From a virus: a stretch of 64,000 bases of DNA. The notes under the pieces were generated by a model. That model worked only from the letters and a program-made list of their open reading frames with translations. It did not search any database and was not told the origin of the DNA. Where the stretch lies: IMG/VR virus record IMGVR_UViG_3300014613_004232, positions 1 to 64,000 of that record, one strand, 5' to 3'. The position numbers and the translations under genes were made by a program. Positions 63,546-64,000 of this stretch are shown one piece after another (position 1 is the stretch's first letter; the number at the start of each line of letters is the position of its first letter).

Positions 63546-64000
63546 AGCAGCACCGCCTGTTCTTGCATGGTTTCAACGCGGTTGAAGTCGAAAGCGGGAG
63601 GCGCGTTGTGGGCCTCGATTCGGCCGCGCATCACCTGGGCGCGCGCCGGCTTTCCGATGGGGAGGTAGCGGCCGTTCTTCCACTGGGCGTCGATGCCCAC
63701 GTTGCGGCCGATGTTGGTGGAGTCCGCACTGGCGAAGGGGAAGCGGGTGAAGACCGCCGGATCCAGCATGCGCAAGCCGTGCAGCTTGCAGGCCGGACGG
63801 CCGGTGTCGTCACACAGGACCCGCATGGCCTCGTACATGCGCGCCCACCACTCGACGGTTCCGACCTGGGCGAACTCCCCAGAGGACCCGAGGCACACGC
63901 GCGGCCACTCCCGGGACAGACGCTCCAAGCGCTCCAGGCTCTCGTGCAGGTGCCACACGGGGGCGCCGAACCAGCGCGGCAGCGGCCACTCGGCCAGTAG
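63542..64000 (-). CDS. TGT-fold/DpdA-like DNA-guanine transglycosylase (5' end beyond the window)
   Basis: PVWH..E...RVCLG...KLHGLRML...PFASADSTN; frame stays open to the window end. Confidence 0.6.
   Translation of the reverse strand, partial: LLAEWPLPRWFGAPVWHLHESLERLERLSREWPRVCLGSSGEFAQVGTVEWWARMYEAMRVLCDDTGRPACKLHGLRMLDPAVFTRFPFASADSTNIGRNVGIDAQWKNGRYLPIGKPARAQVMRGRIEAHNAPPAFDFNRVETMQEQAVLL

Noticed and set aside
1-64000. CRISPR array, rRNA, IS elements, terminase, main repressor
   Set aside because: No repeat-spacer periodicity, rRNA, transposase, terminase ATPase or C1/CI-like gene recognised in this window

Overview
The whole window is part of a temperate, GC-rich myophage/prophage with a P1 (Punavirus)-like virion module, probably from a Betaproteobacterium (host is an inference). 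From left to right: a tyrosine integrase (+), then a mostly minus-strand late region. That region holds a lysis cassette (holin, amidase, embedded Rz/Rz1 spanins), two beta-helix tailspike/depolymerase genes, sheath, major capsid, baseplate, tube, tape measure with muramidase, portal, prohead protease and tail fibre. It also carries an expanded P1-type virion-packaged antirestriction set (Hdf, Ulx, DarB, DdrB, DarA and an extra DarA_C-like polyvalent protein). An ImmI-like C4 antisense RNA/Rha antirepressor locus and several lower-GC morons are inserted in it. The right end has tRNA-Arg(CCT), tRNA-Gly(TCC) and tRNA-fMet(CAT), structured non-coding segments, and accessory genes (Gp49/Acb4-like, LexA DNA-binding domain, DUF5131, HD alarmone hydrolase, DNA methyltransferase, QueF-like and TGT/DpdA-like). 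The strongest hidden signal is a 14-copy promoter motif, GGAAAV-N29-(VANAMT-like), with N28 in one copy. It precedes the late operons and also three units not annotated as late: a free-standing ~190-nt structured ncRNA, the tRNA/ncRNA cluster and the methyltransferase operon. Terminase, main repressor and replication genes are not visible in this window. Protein family calls come from motif recognition, not from database searches.
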